From Promethearchaeota archaeon (lineage in GTDB: Archaea; Asgardarchaeota; Lokiarchaeia; Sigyniarchaeales; SOKP01): 64,000 bases of DNA. The notes beneath the pieces were generated by a model, which saw nothing but the letters and a program-made list of their open reading frames with translations, made no database searches and had not been told where the DNA came from. Position numbers and translations under genes: made by a program. The stretch spans positions 61,461-125,460 of the forward strand of contig JAHLWS010000026.1 of assembly GCA_019057795.1 (NCBI GenBank). Direction: 5' to 3'. Below are positions 18,192 through 28,472 of this stretch, piece by piece (within the stretch, counting starts at the first letter, position 1; every line of letters begins with the position of its first letter).

Positions 18192-20159
18192 ATGAATAAT
18201 AATAATTTTAAAATAACAATTGATTTTGAACCGATCTCAAGAAGATTATACTATGTAAGGGACGAAAATATTTTCCAATTGTTGATTAATTCCGGTATCC
18301 GCGTTAGATCACTATGTGGTGGCCTTGGAACGTGCGGTAAGTGTAAAATTATGGTTCAAAAAGGAAATAAATATTTAAATTCTCCTACAGATTCAGAGAA
18401 AGCCCTTTTAACTCCAACAGAGATCAATGAAAACTGGCGGTTAGCGTGCCAAAGTATGATAGCGGAAAATCAAATTACACTCTTGGAAACACAGCAACCT
18501 CCCCAAATTAGAATTTTTTTACCTCAAGAACTCCTAATTGAAGATTTTAAGATTTTAACTTCAGGTTTAAATAAGGGAGTTAGCGTAAATCCAAACGTTA
18601 AGAAATTGTTTGTAGAAGTTAAAAAACCAAATTTAGACGATCCTGTTCCAGATTGGGAAAGAGTATTAATTTCACTCTCGTCTAAAAACGGAATTATTAA
18701 AGATATAAATACGCTTTTAGTAGAATTTGAAGCTTTAAAGAAATTACCTAAAATATTAAGAGAAGAAAACCATCGCATTACAATAACTCTATACGACAAC
18801 AATAAAATCATCGATTTTGAAGCGGGTAATAAAATTGATATAAATTACGGAATCGCGTTTGATATTGGAACTACAACTTTAGTAGGTTATCTAATAAACT
18901 TGAACGACGGAAAAGTTTATTCTGTCGCCTCAGCACTTAATCCACAAACGGCCTATGGCGAGGATGTTATCACCCGGATTACATATGTTAAAAACAACGA
19001 AGATGGACTTCTAAAACTAAGTTCTGCTGTTTTAGACGCTTTAAATGATATAATAAAAAAAAATTGTGCAAAAGCTAAAATTAAACCTTCGGATATACAT
19101 GAAGCCACTGTTGTTGGTAATTCAGTCATGCACCACATTTTTCTAAATATAGATCCTACATATATCGGTTTAAGCCCGTATGTGCCAGCAGTTAAGCGAG
19201 GATTAAATTTAAATTCTAAAGATATAAATCTAAAGATCTCTCGAGGGGGAAAAGTATATGTGCTTCCTTTGATAGCTGGGTTCGTTGGAGCAGACACAAT
19301 AGGCGTAATTCTATCTTCAGAAATAGATAAAGAGTCAGAGTTAACTTTAGCAATTGATGTAGGAACGAATGGTGAGATCGTTGTTGGTAATAGGGATATA
19401 TTAACCACCGCCTCGTGCGCAGCTGGGTCTGCTTTAGAGGGTGCTCACGTAAAAGATGGAATGAGAGCTGCGGCTGGAGCGATCGACACAATTAAAATCA
19501 ACCCCCACGATTTAACCGTTGGGTATACAACGATAAACAACAAAAAACCGATTGGAATTTGTGGTTCTGGAATAATTGACGCCGTAGCAGAAATGCTAAA
19601 AGCTAAAATTATTACCAGAAGTGGTAGTTTCAACAAACATTTTATTGATCACGAGAGAATTGTAAAAAACGATAAAAACCTCGAATTTATTATTTCAAAG
19701 AAGGATGAATCTTCACATAAACGTGATATTACCATTTCGCAAAATGACATTAGAGAATTACAAATGGCTAAAGCAGCGTTCTTTTCTGGAGCCCAATTGC
19801 TTTTAAACCATATAAATCGAACAAGAAACACAAAACTCGAAATTAAACAAATCTTTTTGGCTGGAGCTTTTGGCAATTATATAAATAAAAATAACGCAAA
19901 ATTTATAGGAATGATTCCCGACATTTCAGACGAAAAAATTTATCAAATTGGAAACGCTGCGGGAATAGGAGCTCAGAACTGTTTATTAAATACAAATTTG
20001 AGAAAAAAAGCTAGTAAATTACTAAAAAAAATAGACTATGTTGAAATCGCAATAGAAAAGGATTTCCAAAGACAATACGCTGAAGCCATGTATTTTCCTC
20101 ACCATAATTTAGAACTTTTTCCTAATTTAAAAGAATACAAAAACATTCCTAAAAGATAA
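18192..20159 (+). CDS. RACo/AcsV-type ATP-dependent reductive activator of corrinoid proteins (ASKHA, N-terminal 2Fe-2S)
   Basis: CGGLGTCGKC...RLACQ, DIGTTT, NPQ..YGEDVITR, DVGTNGE, GICGSG, LAGAFG. Confidence 0.93.
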   Translation: MNNNNFKITIDFEPISRRLYYVRDENIFQLLINSGIRVRSLCGGLGTCGKCKIMVQKGNKYLNSPTDSEKALLTPTEINENWRLACQSMIAENQITLLETQQPPQIRIFLPQELLIEDFKILTSGLNKGVSVNPNVKKLFVEVKKPNLDDPVPDWERVLISLSSKNGIIKDINTLLVEFEALKKLPKILREENHRITITLYDNNKIIDFEAGNKIDINYGIAFDIGTTTLVGYLINLNDGKVYSVASALNPQTAYGEDVITRITYVKNNEDGLLKLSSAVLDALNDIIKKNCAKAKIKPSDIHEATVVGNSVMHHIFLNIDPTYIGLSPYVPAVKRGLNLNSKDINLKISRGGKVYVLPLIAGFVGADTIGVILSSEIDKESELTLAIDVGTNGEIVVGNRDILTTASCAAGSALEGAHVKDGMRAAAGAIDTIKINPHDLTVGYTTINNKKPIGICGSGIIDAVAEMLKAKIITRSGSFNKHFIDHERIVKNDKNLEFIISKKDESSHKRDITISQNDIRELQMAKAAFFSGAQLLLNHINRTRNTKLEIKQIFLAGAFGNYINKNNAKFIGMIPDISDEKIYQIGNAAGIGAQNCLLNTNLRKKASKLLKKIDYVEIAIEKDFQRQYAEAMYFPHHNLELFPNLKEYKNIPKR

Positions 20160-20385
20160 ATGAACTTTTAGACTTACATCCTTTATTAAAGTTAGTTCAA
20201 AATTAGACAAAGGACTATTTAAATTTTGTAGATTTTAATTTAAAAGGAGCATAAAAGTATTTAAGAAATAAATCAATTCCAAATAAAAAGAATTAAATAA
20301 ACAAAATTTAATATTAAGATAATAAATTTATTAAAATAATAATTAAGAAATTTATTTTCATATAATTTGTGGTGTAAGTTATAGC

Positions 20386-20913
20386 ATGTCAAGTTTTAAA
20401 CTAAAAGTATTGCTAACTGGAGCTGCCGCTGTCGGTAAAACTAGTCTGGTTCAAAGATTTATCAAACAACGTTTTGCGGCTAACTATAAGCTCACCGTTG
20501 GAGTAGACATCCTGACCAAAGATGTTGAGTTCTCGCAAGGGGAGGTGGCAACCCTTTCCATATGGGACATTGGAGGACAACAAAGGTTTGAGTTCATTCG
20601 TTCGACGTTTTATAAAGGCGCCGCAGGAGCTTTGTTAGTTTTTGACTTAACAAGAGAACAAACCTACATTGAAGTAAGAAAGTGGCTAACAGAAATCCGT
20701 CAGTTTGCTGGTCAAGATATACCGTTTGTACTAATAGGAAACAAATACGACTTACTGGAGGATGTTGGTGAAGTTATCGATCGGGACGAGGCGAGAGCTT
20801 TAGCTGAAGGCGAAGGTAGCATATATATTGAAACCTCAGCTAAAACAGGTATTAACGTAGATGATGCTTTTACTGAACTTACTCGCAGAATTATCAAGTC
20901 TAGAACTCAATAA
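20386..20913 (+). CDS. Rab-like small GTPase
   Basis: GAAAVGKT, YKLTVGVD, WDIGGQ, RF..IR..FY.GA, NKYD, ETSAK; no C-terminal prenylation cysteine. Confidence 0.95.
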   Translation: MSSFKLKVLLTGAAAVGKTSLVQRFIKQRFAANYKLTVGVDILTKDVEFSQGEVATLSIWDIGGQQRFEFIRSTFYKGAAGALLVFDLTREQTYIEVRKWLTEIRQFAGQDIPFVLIGNKYDLLEDVGEVIDRDEARALAEGEGSIYIETSAKTGINVDDAFTELTRRIIKSRTQ

Positions 20914-20957
20914 TTTAAGTTTAATCTTTTTCTAACCAATTTATTGTTGTTAAATTA

Positions 20958-21017
20958 AAATTTCGCGCCAATAAACTTACTGTTGGTGTAGATATTCTCA
21001 CAAAAGATGCTGAATTT
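20958..21017 (+). pseudogene. fragment of a paralogous Rab-like GTPase (switch I region)
   Basis: Translates KFRANKLTVGVDILTKDAEF versus RFAANYKLTVGVDILTKDVEF at 20470-20532; differences are mostly synonymous; no in-frame start after the stop at 20922. Confidence 0.85.
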
Positions 21018-21060
21018 AATTTAATGAATTTTAGCATTCAACAATTTTGGCTCGAAGTTA

Positions 21061-22494
21061 TTAGTTTTTATTGTGTTTTTCAGTTTCAAAATCTTCACAT
21101 AAATCATCGTGAATAACTTTAATCGCATCCATGAGATCTCGTCTCTCAATTACCAACGAAAGATTCAATTCCTCGGTACTCTGAGTCAAAGCTTTTACGT
21201 GGATATTCTTCTTTTCTAAAGCTTGAAAAATTATGGCTTTCGTTGTGTTTTCTAATATTTTAAATCCTGTTATATTGATGATTGCTACCTCTTCAAATTT
21301 GATTTCGAAAAAATCAGAAAAATATCCCGAACTCTTTAAAGCTTCCACAGCTTTTTGAGCTTCATTTCCTTTTACAATAAAAGAAGTGCTAATCTCAGAA
21401 GCACTTTGAGCAACTAAAGATACGCTAATTCTGTTTTTACTCATAACTTTAAAGATCTTTGCTAGAACTCCTGGAACATCAACTAAACTTCCTGAAATAA
21501 CGGTTATAATTACAGCATCTTCTACTGTGGAAATTCCTTTGATTTCGTTTTTATCTGTGAGTACCGAGATTTTTGTAAAGTTGAATTTTTGCAATGGCTT
21601 GTTAAAATTTCTAAGCTCTAAGGGTATGTTCTTTTTTTCGATCGCTTCAAGACATTTAGGATGGAGAATTTTCGCCCCAAAATTCGCGATGTGCTTAGCT
21701 TCGTTGTAATCTAAATTTTTAATAAGAGTTGATTGTGGAACGTACTTAGGGTTAATAGCTAGTAATCCGTCAACGTCTTTCCATAGAATAACTGTTATAT
21801 TTTTATCTACCCCCACTTCGTGTATCGATCGGGCTAAAATCGTTGCTGTGTAATCTGAGCCACCTCTTCCTAAGGTAGTAGTATAACCTATTTTATTTCT
21901 TCCGATAAATCCCGTTATACAAATAATTACGTCTTTTTTAGGGTTTTCTAAGAGAGGTATTATCATTCTCCGCGTTCGCTCGTTCGTTAATTTGTAAAAA
22001 GGATATGCGTTATTAAACTCGTCGTTTGTTATTATTAGGTTATTTGCTGGAATGTACACTGATTCTAATCCCTTACTCAATATGTACTGGTTTAAAATGT
22101 ATGTTGACAATATTTCACCAAAACTTAAGATTAAATCTTGATAGTATGGCTCTAACCCAAATTCTTTTATATCAGCAAATGCATCTTCCAAATCGCTAAG
22201 CTTTTCATCAACCCAATCTTTAGCTTTTACATAATGCTCTGTGTCTTCGTTAAAAATTTGCTCAATCATATTGAAATGTTTTTTCTCTAAGATTGCTATG
22301 TTGTCTTCGATAATTGTAGAATTATTTACATTTTGGGCAGTACTTAATAGTAGTTCTGTTATCCCACTAAACGCCGAAGCTACAACTATTTTTTTTTCGT
22401 CTTTATATATTTTTAAAATTTTGATAATTTTCTTAAAAGCACTTCTATCTACTAAGCAACTTCCACCGAACTTCATAATAACTATAGGGGTCAA
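21061..22494 (-). CDS. lysC: aspartate kinase
   Basis: MKFGGS, VVASA, SFGE..S, TTLGRGGSDYTA, WKDVDG, GAKILHP, two C-terminal ACT domains. Confidence 0.93.
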   Translation of the reverse strand: MTPIVIMKFGGSCLVDRSAFKKIIKILKIYKDEKKIVVASAFSGITELLLSTAQNVNNSTIIEDNIAILEKKHFNMIEQIFNEDTEHYVKAKDWVDEKLSDLEDAFADIKEFGLEPYYQDLILSFGEILSTYILNQYILSKGLESVYIPANNLIITNDEFNNAYPFYKLTNERTRRMIIPLLENPKKDVIICITGFIGRNKIGYTTTLGRGGSDYTATILARSIHEVGVDKNITVILWKDVDGLLAINPKYVPQSTLIKNLDYNEAKHIANFGAKILHPKCLEAIEKKNIPLELRNFNKPLQKFNFTKISVLTDKNEIKGISTVEDAVIITVISGSLVDVPGVLAKIFKVMSKNRISVSLVAQSASEISTSFIVKGNEAQKAVEALKSSGYFSDFFEIKFEEVAIINITGFKILENTTKAIIFQALEKKNIHVKALTQSTEELNLSLVIERRDLMDAIKVIHDDLCEDFETEKHNKN

Positions 22495-22627
22495 AACTTA
22501 AACCTTTAAAATGTTTTTCTTGAATAATCTTAATTCGTTTAAGTAAATATAAATAAAAAATTTTTTTAGAAAATGTTATTTTTTGAATTTTTCACCAAAT
22601 TCAAATAGAAAAAGTTGTAATTTTGTT

Positions 22628-24760
22628 TTAGTTCTTTAAAAGTTGTTCCAATTCTTTAATCTGTTGGTTAAGATCTGTTTTAATCACTTCCATTTTACTC
22701 TTCTTTTCTTCAAGCTCTTTGCTTGTAATTTCCCCTGTCAGCTCTTTCATGTCGAAGTCCAACGACATCTTAGAAATATTAGCTTTTTTAATTTTTAAGT
22801 CCATCAAAGAATTTTCTAAAGTGGCCCTTTGTTCCATAGAAATCCTGGTAGAAGTAGCTTGACCTGTAGGCTCCGCTATTTTTTGCGTCGTTGTAGGGGG
22901 TTCGTTGCTTATTATTTTTGAAGGCGTAACTGCTACAACTTTAGCTTTAGACTTTATAAGTTCTATTGGACTAACCGGAGTAGGAGGTTGCGTAATCTCT
23001 TTAGGGACCTCAAATACTTTTGAAGGTGGAACCTCACTTTTTTTTGGAATTATTGGTGCATCAATTTTTTTAGTCGGAGTAAAACTAGCAGGTGTTTTAA
23101 CTTTTATTAATTTTGTGGGCGTAACTGGAAGGGATGTCTTAAATTCTGTTGGATTAGTAACTTGGGCAAAAGGTGATGTTTTTAATTTGTTTTTAGCGTC
23201 CTTAGGAACAATCATCACTGTTTTCGGACGGGGTTTCACCATAAAATCTTCTGGGTTAAAGACTAATTCTACTTTTTCCTGTAGTCTTTTAGGCTTGATC
23301 AACGCTTCAAGTTTAGAAGTTTCTTTTTCTTCTTCGATTTTTTTAATATCCGCTTTTTCAAGTTTTGGTTCTTCCGTTTTTGGAATTTTTGGTGGTGCTG
23401 ACTTTTTGGGATGTGGAGGAACAATGTTTTTTTCAATTAACTTTGGCTTTTTTAATGCTCCAGGTGCCGGTGGTATAGACGGTTTTTTAAGACTTATTTC
23501 ATTTTCTGATGCTTCTGGTGCTTTAGGAGGTCCATGAGGAGGTGGCGGCGGAGGAACAGCTACTGATACTTTTGGTTTTTCTTGTTCTTCAGGTTTTGGG
23601 GGTTCAGGAATAATTGGCTTTTTTACCTTACTTTTTTCGACGGGTTTAGTAGGCTCTTCTGTGGATACTGGCGATTCAACGATTTTTGGTTCTTCAGGAG
23701 GCCCCGGTTGAGGAGCGCTAAGTTTTTGAAGCATACTTTTAATTTTTTGAGCTTTTTCATAAAATTCTTTGCCTAGAGAATCATCTCCTAGCTCTATGCA
23801 TAAATCGCTAATTTTATCGAAAATTGTAGCAGCTTTACCAAACTCCGCGTTCTCCAATGCTAATGCCGCTTCTTCCATATAAGTATCCCTTTCCAATAGT
23901 GGTTTCAATAGAGGTGAAACCTCAGCGCTCATTTCTAATACATCTGCAATAATAGTTATCATCTTATCCCGATTGTTGGAATCATTAGCAATCATAGAGT
24001 ACGTTTTTAAGCCTAAGATTTTTTCAATTTGTTCTGGTTTCATTGCATCGTCCAGGTCTTGTTTATTACCAATGATAGATGTATGTGCTTGAGGAGCTTG
24101 TTCTTTTATTAGTTCCAAGAAGAATTTACTCTTTTCTACGTTTTCCAAAGTGGAATCTGTGATTAATAAAACAGCATCGCTTCCTTTAATAAAATTGTTC
24201 CATAAATAACTAAATTGCTCTTGTCCAGCAAAATCCCACAAATGAAAATGTAATTTCCCTATTTTAATCGTAGCTATGTCTCCTGTAATGGTCGGGATGT
24301 GTTGCATGGGGATTTCTTCTGCTTTAATCAATCGAGTTATCGTAGTTTTTCCAACGCCAGAAAATCCTATGAGCGATATTTTTGGTCTTAAATTTCTATG
24401 AATTGCATCTATTGTTGGATCGAATATTTCAAAGGTTTTCTCGTCAATTTTATGATCTAATAGGTCTTCAAAAAGATTTAAAAATTCTTTTTTGCATTTA
24501 ATTAGTTCTTTTTTAATATTCTCGAAATTATCCGTTAAACCAGTAACAAATAGAAACATTAATTCAGAATCTTTTTCTGTAATGTAGGATATTCGGTATT
24601 TGTAATAATCGTGATACTCAACGCTTTTACCTCTTTTAGCGAAAGCGTCTTTCATCAAATCTGCTGCTAAAGAGGTGAAAACATCATCCTTAAGGGCTTT
24701 TCCAAAATGCCGATAGTATAACAATTTACCACGATTGTAAATATAAACTTGTCTTAAGAT
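22628..24760 (-). CDS. longin-like domain + Arf-like small GTPase + helical hairpin + proline-rich linker + C-terminal coiled coil
   Basis: GFSGVGKT, PTI, WDFAGQ, NKQD; N-terminal longin-type beta-hairpin; PPPPPP tract. The track starts at TTG 24724, but the frame is open to ATC 24760/ATT 24763 behind a GGTGA SD. Confidence 0.85.
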   Translation of the reverse strand: MLRQVYIYNRGKLLYYRHFGKALKDDVFTSLAADLMKDAFAKRGKSVEYHDYYKYRISYITEKDSELMFLFVTGLTDNFENIKKELIKCKKEFLNLFEDLLDHKIDEKTFEIFDPTIDAIHRNLRPKISLIGFSGVGKTTITRLIKAEEIPMQHIPTITGDIATIKIGKLHFHLWDFAGQEQFSYLWNNFIKGSDAVLLITDSTLENVEKSKFFLELIKEQAPQAHTSIIGNKQDLDDAMKPEQIEKILGLKTYSMIANDSNNRDKMITIIADVLEMSAEVSPLLKPLLERDTYMEEAALALENAEFGKAATIFDKISDLCIELGDDSLGKEFYEKAQKIKSMLQKLSAPQPGPPEEPKIVESPVSTEEPTKPVEKSKVKKPIIPEPPKPEEQEKPKVSVAVPPPPPPHGPPKAPEASENEISLKKPSIPPAPGALKKPKLIEKNIVPPHPKKSAPPKIPKTEEPKLEKADIKKIEEEKETSKLEALIKPKRLQEKVELVFNPEDFMVKPRPKTVMIVPKDAKNKLKTSPFAQVTNPTEFKTSLPVTPTKLIKVKTPASFTPTKKIDAPIIPKKSEVPPSKVFEVPKEITQPPTPVSPIELIKSKAKVVAVTPSKIISNEPPTTTQKIAEPTGQATSTRISMEQRATLENSLMDLKIKKANISKMSLDFDMKELTGEITSKELEEKKSKMEVIKTDLNQQIKELEQLLKN

Positions 24761-24808
24761 AATATCTCACCTAATCCCTAGTAAATTAATTACTTATACA
24801 TAAAAACT

Positions 24809-25303
24809 TCATAATTTTGTTACATATTTTACAAGATCTTTAATTATCGAATATTTCTTATCTTTTTCTTTCTTTTTCTTAAAAGTTTCTTCAATTTTTT
24901 GAATTTCTTTAGAAAAATCAAAAACTGAAAAATCGTATATTTCTTGATCCTTAGACTTCTCGCTCAATTTCTTCAAAAAGACGCTAATACTAGGCATGTA
25001 TTTTCCCAAATTCATATTTAATCCTAACTTTGATATCAAAATCAATTCGTTACTGAATGTAAAAAGGTAGTTATACTCTTGAGCCTCTAAAGCAAAGGAA
25101 TTTATTTTAGTTAAATTCAATTCGTCAGCTATATCTTTAGAATTAGCGATTACCGAAAGAATTTTATGAGGAATAATTTTTCCTTTAGCAAATTCTTTTA
25201 TAGTTGATCCTAATACAATTCCATATTTGCTTGCAATAGCACATTCAGAATTTAGCTCCGTTTTCAATTGTGAGATGATTTCGTCGTAATTAATTTGTCT
25301 CAT
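24809..25303 (-). CDS. roadblock/LC7 (profilin-like fold) domain protein
   Basis: Helix-CAIASKYGIVLGS-helix-three beta strands-helix pattern; directly upstream of the GTPase on the same strand. Confidence 0.6.
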   Translation of the reverse strand: MRQINYDEIISQLKTELNSECAIASKYGIVLGSTIKEFAKGKIIPHKILSVIANSKDIADELNLTKINSFALEAQEYNYLFTFSNELILISKLGLNMNLGKYMPSISVFLKKLSEKSKDQEIYDFSVFDFSKEIQKIEETFKKKKEKDKKYSIIKDLVKYVTKL

Positions 25304-25385
25304 TATATTGAATTTGAACTTTTTTGAATAATTAATAAAATCTAATTTATTTATATTTAATTAAACTAAAATCTTAAGATTAAAA

Positions 25386-26180
25386 ATGAAATTGAAAATA
25401 TATAAATATCATTTTATAAAAAAAGAATCAGATATTACTTTAATCTCAGAGTCGAAAAGTGCAATTTTAAAAGCAAAAGAAGGGTTTTTTCGTCATCGCA
25501 AAATTTTAGAAAAATATGTTACACAGAATAACAAATTTCTTACGTCTTTTTCGCCAATTAGAATCAAATCTGAATTTGAAATCGTTAATTTAATGAGTGA
25601 AGCATCCATTTTGTGTGAGGTAGGTCCGATGGCAGCAGTAGCAGGGGCATTTGCTGATATAATGATGGCTCTAATGAAAGAGGAAGACGACCCAAATATT
25701 ATTCCTGCAAAAATTGCTTTAGTTGAAAACGGTGGCGAAATCGTCGTAGACTCCGAAAAAGAGATGAAAATCGCGCTATTTGCTGGATATAACGAATTAA
25801 ATTTGAATATTGGCTTCTTAATTGAAAATAAAGATTGTCCAATAGGTATAGGAACAAGCTCCGCCACAATAGGTCACGCAATAAGCCTAGGACAAGCAGA
25901 CGCAGTGACCGTATTTGGTAAAAATGCGACGCTGGCAGATGGAGCTGCAACTAGAATCGCTAATTTAGTTAAAGGAGCGGACGTTGAAAAATCTATAAAA
26001 AACGCTTTAGACGCCGTCGAAGATATTGAAGGCGTTTTTGGTGCTTTTATATCCCGAGATAATAAAATTGGTCAAGTAGGTAAACTGCCAAAGATCTTTA
26101 AAATTGAGGGCGATAAAAATATAGTTTTAAAAAATAAATTTGAGGGGCTATTTCCAGGAAAATTTGAAATCTTTAAATAA
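25386..26180 (+). CDS. UPF0280 / ApbE-like family protein
   Basis: VGPMAAVAGA, VENGGEI, TSSATIGHAISLGQADAVTV, ADGAAT. Confidence 0.92.
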   Translation: MKLKIYKYHFIKKESDITLISESKSAILKAKEGFFRHRKILEKYVTQNNKFLTSFSPIRIKSEFEIVNLMSEASILCEVGPMAAVAGAFADIMMALMKEEDDPNIIPAKIALVENGGEIVVDSEKEMKIALFAGYNELNLNIGFLIENKDCPIGIGTSSATIGHAISLGQADAVTVFGKNATLADGAATRIANLVKGADVEKSIKNALDAVEDIEGVFGAFISRDNKIGQVGKLPKIFKIEGDKNIVLKNKFEGLFPGKFEIFK

Positions 26181-28458
26181 CCCAATAATATGGTACACTA
26201 TCTCCTTTCTCGTTTTTAATAGAAAAAATCCTATTTAAATAATGTAAGTTATAATATTGCTCAACCTCTTCATCAGAAAGTTGTCCAAATAAAGACAATC
26301 CCTCAGTTAAAAGATAAATATCTGTTAAAATCAAAAAAGCATTACTATTATTATTGTGTAATTTTATTTGTTTTAGGATATTTTTTCCATATTCATCAAC
26401 ATGATTCTCTGGATGCATTAATGTATCATTTACCGGAATAAAGTTTTGAATGGACGAAAAAGGCTGCTTTTCTTCATAATCTTCAAATGGAAAATTAAAA
26501 TATATAAACAAATGGCTCCATCCAACTTCGCCAATAATAACGTTCTTTTCAGAAGTATAATTCGAATACCATTGAACAGAACTTATCTCCCTATTTTTTA
26601 ATGTAAATATTTCAATACCATAGCTATTTTCGTTGAATGTAGCAAAAATTGAAAAGATTATTATGAAAAATATTAAAAATTTTACTTTTAATGTCCTTAT
26701 TGAATTGGTTTTTATTAATTTGTAAATATAGGAAATAAATCCAATTACAAGCAATACTGAGCAAATATAAAAGATTCTTGAAAAATGGATAAAAGAACTT
26801 ATCATTAAACTAAATATAAAACTTGCTATAAGAATAAAGGCAAGAATTAAACCCCAAATCCAGAGCATTTTTCCTTTTGGTTTATTTTGGAATAATCCTA
26901 GACCCCACGCACCAAAAAAAACAAATAAAAGAATTTCAAATCCAGAAAATATACTAAAAATACCTATTTTTAAGAGTAATAAATTTACAATCACAAAAAG
27001 AATTGTTAAAGAAATTATGACCCCAAAAATAATTGGTATTATAAATTTATCTTCAATAGTTTTATAATAACTATACTTTTTTCCCATTATTATTAATTTA
27101 TACCTTCCCTTCGTAAAATTGATTTCCTTTCTTTCATGTAAGGTAAATAATAATATAACTACCGCAAGGACTAATGCCCCTGAAAGAAGGTAGTACCATG
27201 GTAATTGAAATATAGATCTAAATACTTTAAAATATCCCGTGCTTATATTTAAGTTATAGAAAATTAGAAATATTCCGACTAACACACATAATAAAATAAA
27301 ATCTAAACCGCGTCTTGGATCTTTAACAAAATACACAAAATAAATCAATAAGTAAGAAATCAATAAAACCATTATAATTAATGAATGGGTCAAAAGTGAA
27401 CTAATAAAAATTAAAATTATTGTAATATATGAAAAAAGTAAATCAGCTTTGAGCATTTCTATAGTTGGTCTTTCGAATTGAATAAATCTTTTATACCGAA
27501 TGTAAAGAAGATAAAAGATAAATATCCCCTGAATATATGCAATACTTGTAGGCCAAAATTGATACATTAAGATTGTAAACCCTAATGATGAAAAGTTTAA
27601 AATATAAACCCCTAAAAGAGCTAAATTTTTATTTTTAAAAATTCGCCTAAAAATATTATATACTATTAAACTAGAGACTGGAAATGTATAAAAAATGAAA
27701 TATCGGGGAATTAAGATTATATCTAACCCTGAAAACATATGAATTACTGCACCAAAGATATGTAAACCCATTGACCCTGTGTATTCATTTACAGGTAAGT
27801 AATTAACAACTGAAATCTGCTTGATAATACTTATATGGAGCCAAGAATCAGTGCCAACAAATAATGGAACACTCACCAGATATAAAATAAGCGTTAAAGA
27901 AATGAATGTTATTAGTAAGATATCATTTAATGAGATTAAATCTTTAAGATATTGCACTATAGAAAAATTTTCATAAAGGTGTTGATTATTTATTTCCAAT
28001 TCTTTAGGTTTAAAGAAATCTAAGACCTTTTTTTTATAATTCGTTATTATGATATAAATTAATATTAAAAAGTAAGAGATAAACACAATAAGAAAAAAAT
28101 ATAATCCTGTAAATGGAAATCCAATAAAAAAACCAATAAAGCCTCCAATAATGTAAAAAGATAAGTTAGAAACAATAGTTAAGCTTAATTTCTCTATATA
28201 ATTAAAATCCATTCCCTTAAAAATAATGAAATAAACTGGATACGTTGGTAAAATCAACAATGTAAAGATTGTACTGAATTGAATGCAAATTTGTATTAAC
28301 ACTCCTAAAACAAAAATGTTAAGAAAATTATGAAAAACATCTATAAGGTTTAATAAAATAAATGATAATGACAGTATCGATAATATAAAAACAATTAGTC
28401 TATCTCTATACCTTAAATAATATAAAACTCGATTAATCTTAATTTTAAAATTAGTCAT
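26173..28458 (-). CDS. polytopic membrane protein, GT-C fold glycosyltransferase-like
   Basis: Many TM helices, loop motif GTDSWLH, soluble C-terminal domain. Confidence 0.6.
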   Translation of the reverse strand: MTNFKIKINRVLYYLRYRDRLIVFILSILSLSFILLNLIDVFHNFLNIFVLGVLIQICIQFSTIFTLLILPTYPVYFIIFKGMDFNYIEKLSLTIVSNLSFYIIGGFIGFFIGFPFTGLYFFLIVFISYFLILIYIIITNYKKKVLDFFKPKELEINNQHLYENFSIVQYLKDLISLNDILLITFISLTLILYLVSVPLFVGTDSWLHISIIKQISVVNYLPVNEYTGSMGLHIFGAVIHMFSGLDIILIPRYFIFYTFPVSSLIVYNIFRRIFKNKNLALLGVYILNFSSLGFTILMYQFWPTSIAYIQGIFIFYLLYIRYKRFIQFERPTIEMLKADLLFSYITIILIFISSLLTHSLIIMVLLISYLLIYFVYFVKDPRRGLDFILLCVLVGIFLIFYNLNISTGYFKVFRSIFQLPWYYLLSGALVLAVVILLFTLHERKEINFTKGRYKLIIMGKKYSYYKTIEDKFIIPIIFGVIISLTILFVIVNLLLLKIGIFSIFSGFEILLFVFFGAWGLGLFQNKPKGKMLWIWGLILAFILIASFIFSLMISSFIHFSRIFYICSVLLVIGFISYIYKLIKTNSIRTLKVKFLIFFIIIFSIFATFNENSYGIEIFTLKNREISSVQWYSNYTSEKNVIIGEVGWSHLFIYFNFPFEDYEEKQPFSSIQNFIPVNDTLMHPENHVDEYGKNILKQIKLHNNNSNAFLILTDIYLLTEGLSLFGQLSDEEVEQYYNLHYLNRIFSIKNEKGDSVPYYWVI

Positions 28459-28472
28459 CGTATTTGTTAAGA

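Noticed and set aside
20958-21017. Diversity-generating retroelement template/variable repeat pair
   Set aside because: Differences are synonymous third-position changes, not adenine-specific, and no reverse transcriptase is present.
22905-23537. 210-aa plus-strand ORF
   Set aside because: Antisense shadow of the Pro/Lys/Thr-rich linker (yields Gly/Phe/Val-rich text); the codon bias explains the lack of stops.
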